From Arenimonas sp. (GTDB lineage Bacteria; Pseudomonadota; Gammaproteobacteria; Xanthomonadales; Xanthomonadaceae): a DNA stretch of 64,000 bases. This document shows positions 9,016 to 20,911 of this stretch, in pieces. Numbering within the stretch: the stretch's first letter is position 1; each line of letters opens with the position of its first letter. The notes beneath the pieces were generated by a model. That model was not told the DNA's origin, did no database searches, and saw nothing but the letters and a program-made list of their open reading frames with translations. The position numbers and the translations under genes were made by a program. The DNA is taken from contig JAPLSJ010000032.1 of assembly GCA_026398695.1 (NCBI GenBank), forward strand, positions 11,271-75,270, in the 5' to 3' direction.

Positions 9016-9708
9016 GTGCAGAAACGCATCCTGATCGTCGACGATGAACCCGCCATCCGCGAGATGGTGGCCTATGCCCTGCGCAAGGGCGAGTACGAGC
9101 CCGTGCATGCGGGCGACGCCCGCGAGGCCCAGACCGCCATCGCCGAACGGGTGCCCGACCTGATCCTGCTCGACTGGATGCTGCCCGGCGCCAGCGGCCT
9201 GGAGCTGGCGCGGCGCTGGCGCAAGGACGAGCTCACCCGCGACGTGCCGATCATCATGCTCACCGCCCGCGGCGAGGAAAACGACCGCGTCAGCGGCCTG
9301 GAGTCGGGCGTGGACGACTACGTGGTCAAGCCTTTCTCGGCCCGCGAGCTGCTGGCGCGCATCCGCGCCGTGATGCGCCGCTCGCGCGAAGACGAAGATG
9401 ACGGTTCCGTGACAGTGGGCGGCCTGCGCATCGACGGCGCCGCCCACCGCGTGTTCGCCGGCGACCAGCCGCTGCACGTGGGCCCGACCGAATACCGCCT
9501 GCTGCACTTCTTCATGACCCACGCCGAGCGCGTCTACACCCGCACCCAGCTGCTCGACCACGTCTGGGGCGGCAACGTCTACGTGGAAGAGCGCACGGTG
9601 GACGTGCACATCCGCCGCCTGCGCAAGGCGCTGGAGCCGTTCCGCCTGGACGACATGGTGCAGACCGTGCGCGGCTCGGGCTATCGATTCTCCGCAGCGG
9701 TGGCCTGA
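9016..9708 (+). CDS. phoB: Phosphate regulon response regulator PhoB
   Basis: Receiver (LLDWMLPG) plus OmpR wHTH; [24 protein letters not shown] signature. Confidence 0.96.
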   Translation: MQKRILIVDDEPAIREMVAYALRKGEYEPVHAGDAREAQTAIAERVPDLILLDWMLPGASGLELARRWRKDELTRDVPIIMLTARGEENDRVSGLESGVDDYVVKPFSARELLARIRAVMRRSREDEDDGSVTVGGLRIDGAAHRVFAGDQPLHVGPTEYRLLHFFMTHAERVYTRTQLLDHVWGGNVYVEERTVDVHIRRLRKALEPFRLDDMVQTVRGSGYRFSAAVA

Positions 9709-9727
9709 CCGTGGCGGCCCGTCGCCC

Positions 9728-11053
9728 ATGAGCGTATCGGTGCTGCTGGAGCTGGCCTGGCGCCAGTCGATCATCCGCATGCTGCTGTTTTACGCCGCGG
9801 CCCTCGGCATCGGGCTGCTGGTGGGCGAGCCCTGGTGGGCGATGGGCATCGCCACCGCCCTGCTGGCGGCGCGCGCCTACTGGCGCCTTTACCGCGTGCT
9901 GCGCTTCCTGGACTGGCGCAAACAGCTGCACACCGTGGACGGCCAGGGCCTGTGGGCGGCGCTCGAGACCCTGATCCACCGCCGCCAGACCGAAAACCGC
10001 ACCCGCAGCCGGCGCCTGGTGCGCCTGCTGCGCGCCTATCGCCAGGCGGCCACCGCCATGCCCGACGGCGCCCTGATCATCCAGCGCCGCGACGGCCACC
10101 TGGTCTGGTTCAACAAGACCGCGCGCCACCTGCTGGGCCTGCGCTATCCGCAGAGCCTGGGCTCGGCCCTGTTGGAAAGTTTCGAGGGCCAGCCGCGCGT
10201 GCGCGACTGGCTGGCCGCCGGCCACACCGACGAGCCGCTGACCGACCTGGCCAGCCCGGCCGACCCGCTGGTGCGCATCAGCCTTCGCCTGATCCCCTAC
10301 TCGCCCACCCAGTGGCTGGTGGTCGTGCGCGACGTCACCAAGCTGATGCGCCTGGAACAGATGCGCCGGGACTTCGTCGCCAACGTCTCGCATGAACTGC
10401 GCACGCCGCTGACCGTCGTACACGGTTACCTGGACATGATCGAGCCCGAGGAGCACCCGGACCTGGCCGTGATGGTGGAAGAGATGCGCCGGCAGTCCCA
10501 GCGCATGACCCAGCTGGTGGAGGACCTGCTCACCCTGTCCCGCCTGGAGGCACAGGAGCACCTGCCCGAGGAGCCGCTGTCCATGGCGTCGATGCTGGTG
10601 ACCCTGCGCCGCGAGGCCGAGGCGCTGAGCCAGGGCCGCCACACCGTGCGCGTGGAGGATGCGGCCGGCATGGACCTCACCGGTTCGGCCAAGGAGCTGC
10701 ACAGCGCCTTCTCCAACCTGGTCAGCAACGCCGTGCGCTACACGCCCACCGGCGGCGACATCACCATCCGCTTCGAGCGCACCGCCGACGGCGGCGCCCG
10801 CCTGGCCGTGCGCGACAGCGGCTACGGCATCCCGGCCCAGCACCTGCCGCGCATCACCGAGCGCTTCTACCGGGTGTCCACCAGCCGCTCGCGCGAATCG
10901 GGCGGCACCGGCCTGGGCCTGTCCATCGTCAAGCACGTGCTGAGCCTGCACCAGGGCCGCCTGGAGATCGAAAGCGAGGTCGGCAAGGGCAGCACCTTCG
11001 CCTGCGTTTTCGGGCTCGATCGGGTGCGGGCGCGGGACGGCACCGGCGCCTGA
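9728..11053 (+). CDS. phoR: Phosphate regulon sensor histidine kinase PhoR
   Basis: N-terminal TMs, PAS, FVANVSHELRTPLTV H-box, SRESGGTGLGLSIVKH; follows phoB. Confidence 0.95.
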   Translation: MSVSVLLELAWRQSIIRMLLFYAAALGIGLLVGEPWWAMGIATALLAARAYWRLYRVLRFLDWRKQLHTVDGQGLWAALETLIHRRQTENRTRSRRLVRLLRAYRQAATAMPDGALIIQRRDGHLVWFNKTARHLLGLRYPQSLGSALLESFEGQPRVRDWLAAGHTDEPLTDLASPADPLVRISLRLIPYSPTQWLVVVRDVTKLMRLEQMRRDFVANVSHELRTPLTVVHGYLDMIEPEEHPDLAVMVEEMRRQSQRMTQLVEDLLTLSRLEAQEHLPEEPLSMASMLVTLRREAEALSQGRHTVRVEDAAGMDLTGSAKELHSAFSNLVSNAVRYTPTGGDITIRFERTADGGARLAVRDSGYGIPAQHLPRITERFYRVSTSRSRESGGTGLGLSIVKHVLSLHQGRLEIESEVGKGSTFACVFGLDRVRARDGTGA

Positions 11054-11138
11054 ACGGCCAGCCTGCGGGCCAGCCGGCGTAAACTCGACCCTGACCCGGC
11101 GCGCGTTCCCCGCCGCCCACGACCGATCCGCACGGACC

Positions 11139-13217
<2,079 letters not shown>

Positions 13218-13223
13218 CCCACG

Positions 13224-14744
13224 ATGCCGACCGAAGCCGAGCAGCCCCTCAAGGACGGCGACCTTCTCGCGGCCATCGACCTGGGCTCCAACAGCTTCCA
13301 CATGGTGGTGGCCCGGTACGTGCTGGGCCAGCTGCGCATCGTCGACCGCATCAAGGAAACCGTGCGCCTGGCCGAGGGCCTGGATGGCCGCGGTGGGCTC
13401 AACCCCGACGTGATGCCGCGCGCGCTGGAATGCCTGGCGCGCTTCGGCCAGCGCCTGCGCGCCATCCCGCCGCACCGCGTGCGCGCCATCGCCACCAACA
13501 CGGTGCGCGCGCTGAGCAACCCGCAGATGTTCCTGATGCCGGCCGAAACCGCGCTGGGCCACGGCATCGACGTGGTGGCCGGCCGCGAAGAGGCGCGCCT
13601 GATCTACCTGGGCGTGGCCAACGGCAGTCCGCCGGCCGAGGGCAAGCGCCGGCTGGTGATGGACATCGGCGGCGGCTCCACCGAGTTCATCATCGGCCAG
13701 GGCTACGAAGCGGTGGAGCGCGAGAGCCTGCAGATGGGCTGCATCGCCACCACCCGGCGCTTCTTCGCCGACGGCAAGCTGTCGCGCAAGCGCTGGAAGG
13801 ACGCGCGCACCGAGATCACCGCCGAGTTCCAGCAGTTCGCCAACACCTACCGCACCCGCGGCTGGCATGACGCGATGGGCTCGTCGGGCACCATCAAGGC
13901 CATCTGCGACATCTCCATCGCCATGAAGCTCACCAAGGTCTCGATCACCGCCGAGAGCCTGGACGCCATCCGCGAGCGCCTGCTGGGCTTCGACCGGCTC
14001 GAGGACATCCGGCTGCCCGGGCTGTCGGCCGAGCGCCGGCCGATCATCGCGGGCGGCCTGCTGGTGCTGGACGCGGCGTTCGCCGAGCTGGGCATCGACC
14101 GCATGTACGTGAGCGACAACGCGCTGCGCGAAGGCGTGCTGTACGACCTGGTCGGCCGCGCCAGCGAGACCGATCCGCGCGAGGAGTCCATCGTCGCGCT
14201 GTGCAACCGCTACGGCGTGGACGCCATGCAGGCGGCCCGTGTGGAAGCCACGGCGCTGGGGCTGTTCGACCAGGTGGAAGCCGACTGGAAGCTCGAGGCC
14301 GACGACCGCCGCGTGCTGTCCTGGTCGGCGCGCATCCACGAGCTGGGCCTGGCCATCGCCCACAGCCAGTACCACCAGCACGGCGCCTACGTGGTGGAGC
14401 ATTCGGACATCGCCGGCTTCTCGCGCACGGAGCAGCAGATCCTGGCCGCCCTGGTGCGCAACCAGCGCCGCGCGCTGAGCCAGGGCAGCTTCGAAAAGCT
14501 GCCCGACCGCCTGGTGGCCAGCGCCCAGCGCTGCGCCCTGCTGCTGCGTCTGGCCGTGCTGCTGCACCGCAGCCACGACCGCGACCCGCTGCCCGACGTC
14601 CGCCTGGACGTGGACGGCGACACGCTCACGCTGGGGCTGCCCGGGCGCTGGCTCGACGGCCATCCCCTCACCCGCTCCGACCTCGACACCGAGCGCGAGT
14701 ACCTGCAGGACATCGGCCGCACACTGCGGCTCAAGGCGGGCTGA
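13224..14744 (+). CDS. ppx: Exopolyphosphatase
   Basis: IDLGSNSFH, DIGGGSTE, ALREG and HD-like C-terminus; follows ppk1. Confidence 0.94.
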   Translation: MPTEAEQPLKDGDLLAAIDLGSNSFHMVVARYVLGQLRIVDRIKETVRLAEGLDGRGGLNPDVMPRALECLARFGQRLRAIPPHRVRAIATNTVRALSNPQMFLMPAETALGHGIDVVAGREEARLIYLGVANGSPPAEGKRRLVMDIGGGSTEFIIGQGYEAVERESLQMGCIATTRRFFADGKLSRKRWKDARTEITAEFQQFANTYRTRGWHDAMGSSGTIKAICDISIAMKLTKVSITAESLDAIRERLLGFDRLEDIRLPGLSAERRPIIAGGLLVLDAAFAELGIDRMYVSDNALREGVLYDLVGRASETDPREESIVALCNRYGVDAMQAARVEATALGLFDQVEADWKLEADDRRVLSWSARIHELGLAIAHSQYHQHGAYVVEHSDIAGFSRTEQQILAALVRNQRRALSQGSFEKLPDRLVASAQRCALLLRLAVLLHRSHDRDPLPDVRLDVDGDTLTLGLPGRWLDGHPLTRSDLDTEREYLQDIGRTLRLKAG

Positions 14745-14751
14745 GCCCCGC

Positions 14752-14791
14752 CCGTCACATCCGTGCCACACCGCTGTCACCGCGCTGGAAT
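14752..14791 (+). promoter_or_regulatory. Tandem Pho box array upstream of the glycosyltransferase
   Basis: CCGTCAC(14752), GTGCCAC(14763), CTGTCAC(14774) and CTGGAAT(14785) at exact 11-bp period. Confidence 0.7.
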
Positions 14792-14814
14792 GCACCGGCG
14801 CGAAAGTGGCGGGC

Positions 14815-15954
14815 ATGGACAGACTCCTGCACGTCGAACTGGTCACCGAAACCTACCCGCCGGACGTCAACGGCGTCGCGCTCACCGTGCAGTCGCTCGA
14901 ACAGGGCCTGCGCCAGCTCGGCCACTCGGTCGGCGTGGTGCGCCCGCAGCGCGACGACGAGGGCACGCGGCCCGATCCGGACGTGATGCTGGTGGAAGGC
15001 GCGCCGATCCCGCGCTACCCGGGCCTTCGCTTCGGCCTGCCCGCGGGCAAGCGGCTGACGGCGCGCTGGCAGGCGCAGCGCCCGGACGCGGTGTACATCG
15101 CCACCGAAGGCCCGCTGGGCTGGTCGGCGCTGCGCGCCTGCCGGCGCATGGGCATCCCGGTGGCCACCGGCTTCCACACGCGCTTTGACGACTACGTGGG
15201 CCGCTACGGCGCCGGCTTCCTCAGCCCCTGGGTGTTCTCCTGGCTGCGCCGCTTCCACAACAAGGCCGACGCCACCCTGGTGCCGACCCGCGAGCTGCAG
15301 GAATCGCTGGCCCAGCAGGGCTTCCGCCACGTGCTGCGGCTGGGCCGCGCGGTGGACACGCGCGAATTCCACCCGGGCTGGCGCGACCTGGGGCTGCGCG
15401 AGGCCTGGGGCGCCGGCGACGGCCCGGTGGTGCTCAGCGTCGGCCGCATCGCGCCGGAAAAAAACCTGCCGCTGGCCGTGCGCAGCTTCCGCCAGCTGCA
15501 GCAGTCGCGGCCCGATGCCCGCTTCGTCTGGGTCGGCGACGGCCCGGCGCGCGCCGAACTGCAGGCGGCCAACCCGGACTTCATCTTCACCGGCGTGCAG
15601 CGCGGCGAAAGCCTGTCGCGGCACTTCGCCAGTGCCGACGTGTTCTGCTTCCCCAGCCTGTCGGAAACGTTCGGCAACGTCACGCTCGAAGCCATGGCCA
15701 GTGGCCTGGCCACGGTGGCGTTCGACTACGGCGCCGCGCGCGAACACCTGCGCCACGGCGAGCACGGCGCCACGGTGGCGTTCGGCGACGAGTCCGGCTA
15801 CCTCGACGCCTTCCTGGCCACCGCGCTGCGCCCGGACCTGGACGCGCTGGGCGCCGCGGCGCGCCAGGCGGTGCTGCACCTGCACCCGGGCAAGGTGGCC
15901 GCCGACTTCGCCGCATTGCTCGGCGCGCTCAGCGACCGGCGGGAAGCGGCTTGA
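14815..15954 (+). CDS. GT4 family glycosyltransferase (Agt/MgtA-like putative glycolipid synthase)
   Basis: VTETYPPDVNGVA, IATEGPLG, VGRIAPEKN and FPSLSETFGNVTLEAMASG (EX7E) motifs. Confidence 0.88.
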   Translation: MDRLLHVELVTETYPPDVNGVALTVQSLEQGLRQLGHSVGVVRPQRDDEGTRPDPDVMLVEGAPIPRYPGLRFGLPAGKRLTARWQAQRPDAVYIATEGPLGWSALRACRRMGIPVATGFHTRFDDYVGRYGAGFLSPWVFSWLRRFHNKADATLVPTRELQESLAQQGFRHVLRLGRAVDTREFHPGWRDLGLREAWGAGDGPVVLSVGRIAPEKNLPLAVRSFRQLQQSRPDARFVWVGDGPARAELQAANPDFIFTGVQRGESLSRHFASADVFCFPSLSETFGNVTLEAMASGLATVAFDYGAAREHLRHGEHGATVAFGDESGYLDAFLATALRPDLDALGAAARQAVLHLHPGKVAADFAALLGALSDRREAA

Positions 15955-16487
15955 ACGCCCGCACCCGCCAGCTCGCTTCCCGCGAGCACGGCTGGTGCCT
16001 GGCCGCCAATCGCTGGGGCGCACGCGGCGTCGTGCGCGCCTGGTTCCGCATGATCAGCCGGCTGGGCGACGGCGCTTTCTGGTACGCGCTGATGGCCGGG
16101 CTGGTGCTGTTCGATGGCTGGCGCGGCCTCGACGCCTCGGCGCACCTGGCCGCCACCGGCGTGGTCGCGCTCATCCTGTACCGCAAGCTCAAGCGCTGGA
16201 CGAAACGCCCGCGCCCCTGCGCCGCCGACCGCCGCATCCAGGCCTGGATCGCGCCGCTGGACGAATTCAGCTTCCCCTCGGGCCACACGCTGCACGCGGT
16301 GTCGTTCACCGTGGTGGCGCTGGCGCACTACCCGGTGCTGGCGTGGGTGCTGCTGCCGTTCACCGCCTGCGTGGCGATCTCGCGCGTGGTGCTGGGCCTG
16401 CACTACCCCAGCGACGTGCTGGCCGCGACCGCCATCGGCTGCGCGCTGGCCTCGCTCTCCCTCTGGATCGCCCCCGTTACGGGGTGA
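15951..16487 (+). CDS. PAP2 family membrane phosphatase
   Basis: KRWTKRPRP, SFPSGH and SRVVLGLHYPSD motifs; TTGA overlap with the GT stop. Confidence 0.92.
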   Translation: MNARTRQLASREHGWCLAANRWGARGVVRAWFRMISRLGDGAFWYALMAGLVLFDGWRGLDASAHLAATGVVALILYRKLKRWTKRPRPCAADRRIQAWIAPLDEFSFPSGHTLHAVSFTVVALAHYPVLAWVLLPFTACVAISRVVLGLHYPSDVLAATAIGCALASLSLWIAPVTG

Positions 16488-17079
16488 TCGGCCGCGCCCA
16501 GAAGGTCAGCGGCTTTTCCGACGGTGCGGCTTCGCCCAGCTCGTGCCACGCCAGGCGCACCGTGAGGCCGGGCTGGCGCACGTAGCCGCGCCGGGTCCAG
16601 AAGGCCTCGTTGCCGCGGTGGCCCGCGGGCCGGCGCGGGTCGCCATCGTCCCGATCCACCGCGCAGAAGGCGGTACGCGCGAAGCGGCCGAGGGCACGCG
16701 CATGCGCCTCGCGCTCGTCGAAGAAGGCATGGCCGATGCCCTGCCCGCGATACGCCGGCAACAGCACTGATTCGCCAAAATAGAACACCTCGTCCACCGC
16801 TCGCCCGGCGTCGCGCCACGGCCGCTGGAACTCGTCGGTGTCGTCGGCCAGCGGCAGGCCGGTGGCCGCGCCCACGACGCGTTGGCCGTCGAACGCCAGG
16901 ACGAACACGCTGTCGGCCGACGCTGCGTAGGCCGACAGGTACTCCCGTTCGTAGGCGAGATCACCGTCGTAGAGATACGGCCAGTCGCGGAACACCGCGA
17001 TGCGCAGCCGCGCCACGTCGTCGAGCCAGGGCCCGGGCAACGCGCCGCCGAAACGGCGCACCGTGGCGCGCGGGCTCAC
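16477..17079 (-). CDS. GNAT family N-acetyltransferase
   Basis: LRIAVFRDWPYLYDG, YFGESVLLPAYRGQGIG; GTGA overlap with the DUF885 gene. Confidence 0.88.
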   Translation of the reverse strand: MSPRATVRRFGGALPGPWLDDVARLRIAVFRDWPYLYDGDLAYEREYLSAYAASADSVFVLAFDGQRVVGAATGLPLADDTDEFQRPWRDAGRAVDEVFYFGESVLLPAYRGQGIGHAFFDEREAHARALGRFARTAFCAVDRDDGDPRRPAGHRGNEAFWTRRGYVRQPGLTVRLAWHELGEAAPSEKPLTFWARPITP

Positions 17080-18896
17080 TTCGCGGCCTGCTGCCCGATC
17101 CACGTGTCCACGCGGCGCTCCAGCAGCGCCAGCGGCAGGTCACCGCCGGTCAGCACCAGGTCGTGGAAATCGCTGAGCTTGAACTTCGGGCCCAGCGCCG
17201 CCTTCGCCTTCTCGCGCAGGGCCAGGATCTTGTTCATGCCCACCTTGTAGGCCAGCGCCTGGCCCGGCATCACCAGGTAACGCTCGATCTCCGCCACCAC
17301 GTCGGTTTCGGGCATGCCGGTCTTGTCCAGCATGTAGGCAATGGCCTGCTCACGGGTCCAGCGCTTGTCGTGCAAGCCGGTGTCCACCACCAGGCGCACG
17401 GCGCGGAACATCTCGGCCTGCAGTCGGCCCAGGTTGTCCAGCGGGTCGTCCTGCAGGCCGATTTCCCAGGCCAGGCGCTCGCTGTACAGCGCCCAGCCTT
17501 CGGAGAAGGCGGTGAAGGGCAGCACCTTGCGGAAGGTCGGGACGCCGGTGAGTTCCTGCTGGATCGTGGTCTGGAAGTGGTGGCCCGGGATGGCCTCGTG
17601 GATGGCCAGGGTGCGCATGCCGAAACGCGCGATCTCGGCGGTGCTGCGCAGGTTGATGTAGAAGGTGCCCGGCCGCGTGCCGTCCATCGCCGGCGGGTTG
17701 TAGTAGGCGCCCGGCGCGGTGGCCTGTCGGAACTCGGGCACGCGCTCGACGGTCACGCCCTGCTTGGGCCGCACGTTGAACTGTTCGCCGATGCCGGCGT
17801 CCACCTCGGCGATGATGCGCGTGAAGTCGGCGATGATCGCAGCGCGGCCTTCGTCGGTGTCGGGATACAGCTGGTCCGGGCGCACGGAGATCGCCTGCAT
17901 GCGCGCACCCACGCTGCCTTCCGTCAGGCCCTGCGCGACCAGGATGTCGTTCATCTCGACTTCGATGCGCGCCACTTCGTCCAGGCCCAGCTGGTGGATC
18001 TGCGCCGGCGTCATGTCGGTGCTGGTGTGCATGCGTGCCGACCAGGCGTAGAACGCCGCGCCGTCGGGCAAGGCCCAGACGCCGTGGTTGCCGGTGGTCT
18101 TGGCCAGCAGCGTGTCGTAGTAGGCGATGAACTTGCCGTAGGCCGGGTAGACCTGGCCGGTGATCGCGGTTTCGGCCTGGGCCAGCAGCGCGTCGCGCTC
18201 GCCGTCGGCCAGGGTGCCGGCCGGCAGCTTGCCCAGCTTTTCCGCGAACGAGCTGTACAGGATGTTGTCCTTCGCAGGCGCCGCGGTGAAGGCGCGCATT
18301 TCGGCCAGCACCTTTTCCACCACGAACGTGGGCGGCAGGATGCCGGCCGTTTCGCGCACGCGCAGCCCTTCCAGCACCTGGTCCACCATCATCGGGGCCT
18401 TGCCCAGGCGCGCGATGTAGTTTTCCGCGTCGCTGGCCGAGCCCACCCGGTGCTGGGTCGCCATGAAGGTGGGGAAGTTGCTCTGGATGCCGAACAGCTG
18501 GTTGAGCGGGTAGTTGTGGTGGCCGAAGCGCTCTCCCTCGGCCTGGACGGTCAGGAAATAGTCGAGCACGTCGTAGGACAGCTGCGCGCTCTCGTCCATG
18601 CCGGCACGGTCGTAGCTTCGCAGGGTGGCCAGGTCGTCGCGCAGCTTGGCCAGGGTCTCTTCCTCGCGCGCCAGCGAGCGGTCGGTCAGGTCGTCGCTGT
18701 ACCAGTCCAGCCAGGGCGGCAGGATGCCCAGGCTGGTCAGCATTTCGGGGTCGTCCACGGCGTATTCGATGAACACCCGCTCGTAGAACCAGCCGATCTG
18801 CAGGGGCTTGCCGTAGATCGTGTGCAGCACCAGGGCGCTGGCCAGCAGGAAGGCGGCCAGCAGCAGCCAGCGGACGAACCGGAACAGGGTTTTCAT
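17076..18896 (-). CDS. DUF885 family protein (putative metallopeptidase) with N-terminal membrane anchor
   Basis: HEAIPGHHFQ, FSEGWALYSE, RAVRLVVDTGLH, PGQALAYKVG. Confidence 0.9.
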   Translation of the reverse strand: MKTLFRFVRWLLLAAFLLASALVLHTIYGKPLQIGWFYERVFIEYAVDDPEMLTSLGILPPWLDWYSDDLTDRSLAREEETLAKLRDDLATLRSYDRAGMDESAQLSYDVLDYFLTVQAEGERFGHHNYPLNQLFGIQSNFPTFMATQHRVGSASDAENYIARLGKAPMMVDQVLEGLRVRETAGILPPTFVVEKVLAEMRAFTAAPAKDNILYSSFAEKLGKLPAGTLADGERDALLAQAETAITGQVYPAYGKFIAYYDTLLAKTTGNHGVWALPDGAAFYAWSARMHTSTDMTPAQIHQLGLDEVARIEVEMNDILVAQGLTEGSVGARMQAISVRPDQLYPDTDEGRAAIIADFTRIIAEVDAGIGEQFNVRPKQGVTVERVPEFRQATAPGAYYNPPAMDGTRPGTFYINLRSTAEIARFGMRTLAIHEAIPGHHFQTTIQQELTGVPTFRKVLPFTAFSEGWALYSERLAWEIGLQDDPLDNLGRLQAEMFRAVRLVVDTGLHDKRWTREQAIAYMLDKTGMPETDVVAEIERYLVMPGQALAYKVGMNKILALREKAKAALGPKFKLSDFHDLVLTGGDLPLALLERRVDTWIGQQAAK

Positions 18897-18983
18897 GGGC
18901 AAGCCTCGAAGGGACCGCCGGAAGATACCAGAGCCACCCGTCCAACCCACCCTGCCGGACGCCATGCCCTATAAACTGCCGGC

Positions 18984-19844
18984 ATGAACTACCGACACGG
19001 CTTCCACGCAGGCAACCACGCGGACGTGCTCAAGCACCTGGTGCTGATCGCGCTGCTCGATGCGCTCAAGCGCAAGGAAGCCCCCTTCTTCGTGCTCGAC
19101 ACCCATGCGGGACGGGGGCGCTACGACCTCACCGGCGGCCAGGCCACCAAGACCGGCGAGGCCAAGTCGGGCATCCGCAAGGTGTGGGCCGCCAAGGCCA
19201 CGGGCCCGGCGGCGCTGGCCAGTTTCCTCAAGGCCGTGGAAGCCAGCCAGGCCGGTGCGCCCGACAGCTACCCCGGTTCGCCGCTGCTGGTGTCGCAGGC
19301 GCTGCGGCCCCAGGACCGGTTCGCCGCCTGCGAGGTGGTGGCCGACGAGGCCGCGGCGCTCAAGGCCGTGCTGGCCTCGGACCCGCGCTCGCACGTGCAC
19401 CACCGCGACGGCTACGCCGCCATCAAGGCCATGCTGCCGCCCAAGGACGGCGCCACCCGCATCGGGCGTGCGCTGGTGCTGGTGGACCCGCCCTACGAAG
19501 CGCAGGAGGCCGAGTACCCGCTGATCGTGGCCGCCGTGGGCGACGCCCTGCTGCGCTTCCCGCAGGCCATGTTCGCGATCTGGTACCCGATCAAGCAGCG
19601 GCCCAGCCTGCATCCGTTCTTCCGCAAGATGTCGGCACTGCCGGCCAAGTCGCTGCTGGCGGTGGAGCTGCTGGTGCGCCCCGACGACTCTCCCCTGCGC
19701 ATGAACGGCAGTGGCATGCTGCTGGTGAACCCGCCGTGGCAGATCGAGAAAGAGATCGAACCCGCGTTGAAACCCCTCGCCCAGGCCATGGGCGAAGCCG
19801 GCGCTTCCTGGCGCCTCACCTGGTTGAAGCAAGACAAGGCCTGA
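18984..19844 (+). CDS. rlmJ: 23S rRNA (adenine2030-N6)-methyltransferase
   Basis: MNYRHGFHAGNHADVLKH, DTHAGRG, YPGSP, DPPYE, WYPIK. Confidence 0.96.
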   Translation: MNYRHGFHAGNHADVLKHLVLIALLDALKRKEAPFFVLDTHAGRGRYDLTGGQATKTGEAKSGIRKVWAAKATGPAALASFLKAVEASQAGAPDSYPGSPLLVSQALRPQDRFAACEVVADEAAALKAVLASDPRSHVHHRDGYAAIKAMLPPKDGATRIGRALVLVDPPYEAQEAEYPLIVAAVGDALLRFPQAMFAIWYPIKQRPSLHPFFRKMSALPAKSLLAVELLVRPDDSPLRMNGSGMLLVNPPWQIEKEIEPALKPLAQAMGEAGASWRLTWLKQDKA

Positions 19845-19847
19845 GCC

Positions 19848-20867
19848 ATGCATCCGATCAAAGCCCGCCGCACGCAGTACAACGAACGCGGCCCCGTGCC
19901 GCAGGACGTCATCCACACGGTTGATTTCGAGCTGCCGCCGCTGGCCGATGGCCACGTGCGCGTCGCCGTGCTGGCCGCGCCGATCAATCCGTCCGACGTG
20001 CTCACGCTCACCGGCGAGTACGGCATCCTGCCGCCGCTGCCCGCCGTGGGCGGAAACGAGGGCGTGGGCCGGGTGATCGAAGCGGCTGCGGACGTGGCGA
20101 ACCTGGCCGTGGGCACCGTGGTGCTGCTGCCCGTGGGCTGCGGCACCTGGACCACCCACCTGGACCTGCCGGCCAAGCACCTGGTCGCCCTGCCCTCGGG
20201 CGTCGACCCGGTGCAGCTGAGCATGCTGACGGTGAATCCGCCGACGGCGCTGCTGATGCTCACCGAGTTCGTCGACCTCCAGCCGGGCGACTGGGTGATC
20301 CAGAACGCGGCCAACTCGGCCGTCGGCGGCTACCTGGTGCAGCTGGCCAAGCTGCGCGGCATCAACACCGTCAACGTGGTGCGCCGCGCCTCGGCCATCG
20401 ACGCGGTGAAGGCCAGCGGCGCCGAGCACGTGGTGGTGGACGCCGACGACCTGCCCAAGCGCGTGCACGCCGTCACCGGCGGCGCGCCGATCAAGCTGGC
20501 CATCGACTGCATCGGCGGCGTGGCCACGGAAAACCTGGCCCGCTGCCTGGCGGAAGGCGGCACGCTGGTTAACTACGGCGCGATGAGCGGCGAGCGCTGC
20601 ATGATCTCGCCGCGCTATTTCGTTTTCCGCGACATCACGCTGCGCGGCTTCTGGCTGTCGCAGTGGTTCAAGAAGGCCACGCCGCCGCAGCGCATGGCGG
20701 TGTTCGGCGAAATCGCCAAGCTCATCGCCGAAGGCAAGCTCGAGGCCCGCGTGCAGGCCACCTACGACCTGGACCACATCAAGCAGGCCGTGCAGGCCGC
20801 CGCCAGCGGCGCCCGCGACGGCAAGATCGTGCTCGAGCCCAACGGCCCCTCCCGCGCGGCGCTCTGA
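19848..20867 (+). CDS. MDR-family 2-enoyl thioester reductase-like oxidoreductase (MECR/ETR1-like)
   Basis: APINPSD, GNEGVG, VNPPTA, QNAANSAVG, VNYGAMSG, LRGFWL. Confidence 0.85.
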   Translation: MHPIKARRTQYNERGPVPQDVIHTVDFELPPLADGHVRVAVLAAPINPSDVLTLTGEYGILPPLPAVGGNEGVGRVIEAAADVANLAVGTVVLLPVGCGTWTTHLDLPAKHLVALPSGVDPVQLSMLTVNPPTALLMLTEFVDLQPGDWVIQNAANSAVGGYLVQLAKLRGINTVNVVRRASAIDAVKASGAEHVVVDADDLPKRVHAVTGGAPIKLAIDCIGGVATENLARCLAEGGTLVNYGAMSGERCMISPRYFVFRDITLRGFWLSQWFKKATPPQRMAVFGEIAKLIAEGKLEARVQATYDLDHIKQAVQAAASGARDGKIVLEPNGPSRAAL

Positions 20868-20911
20868 CCCCTTTTCGTCCGAGGTTTCCTGCAGCGTTGG
20901 TGGAGGTTGTG

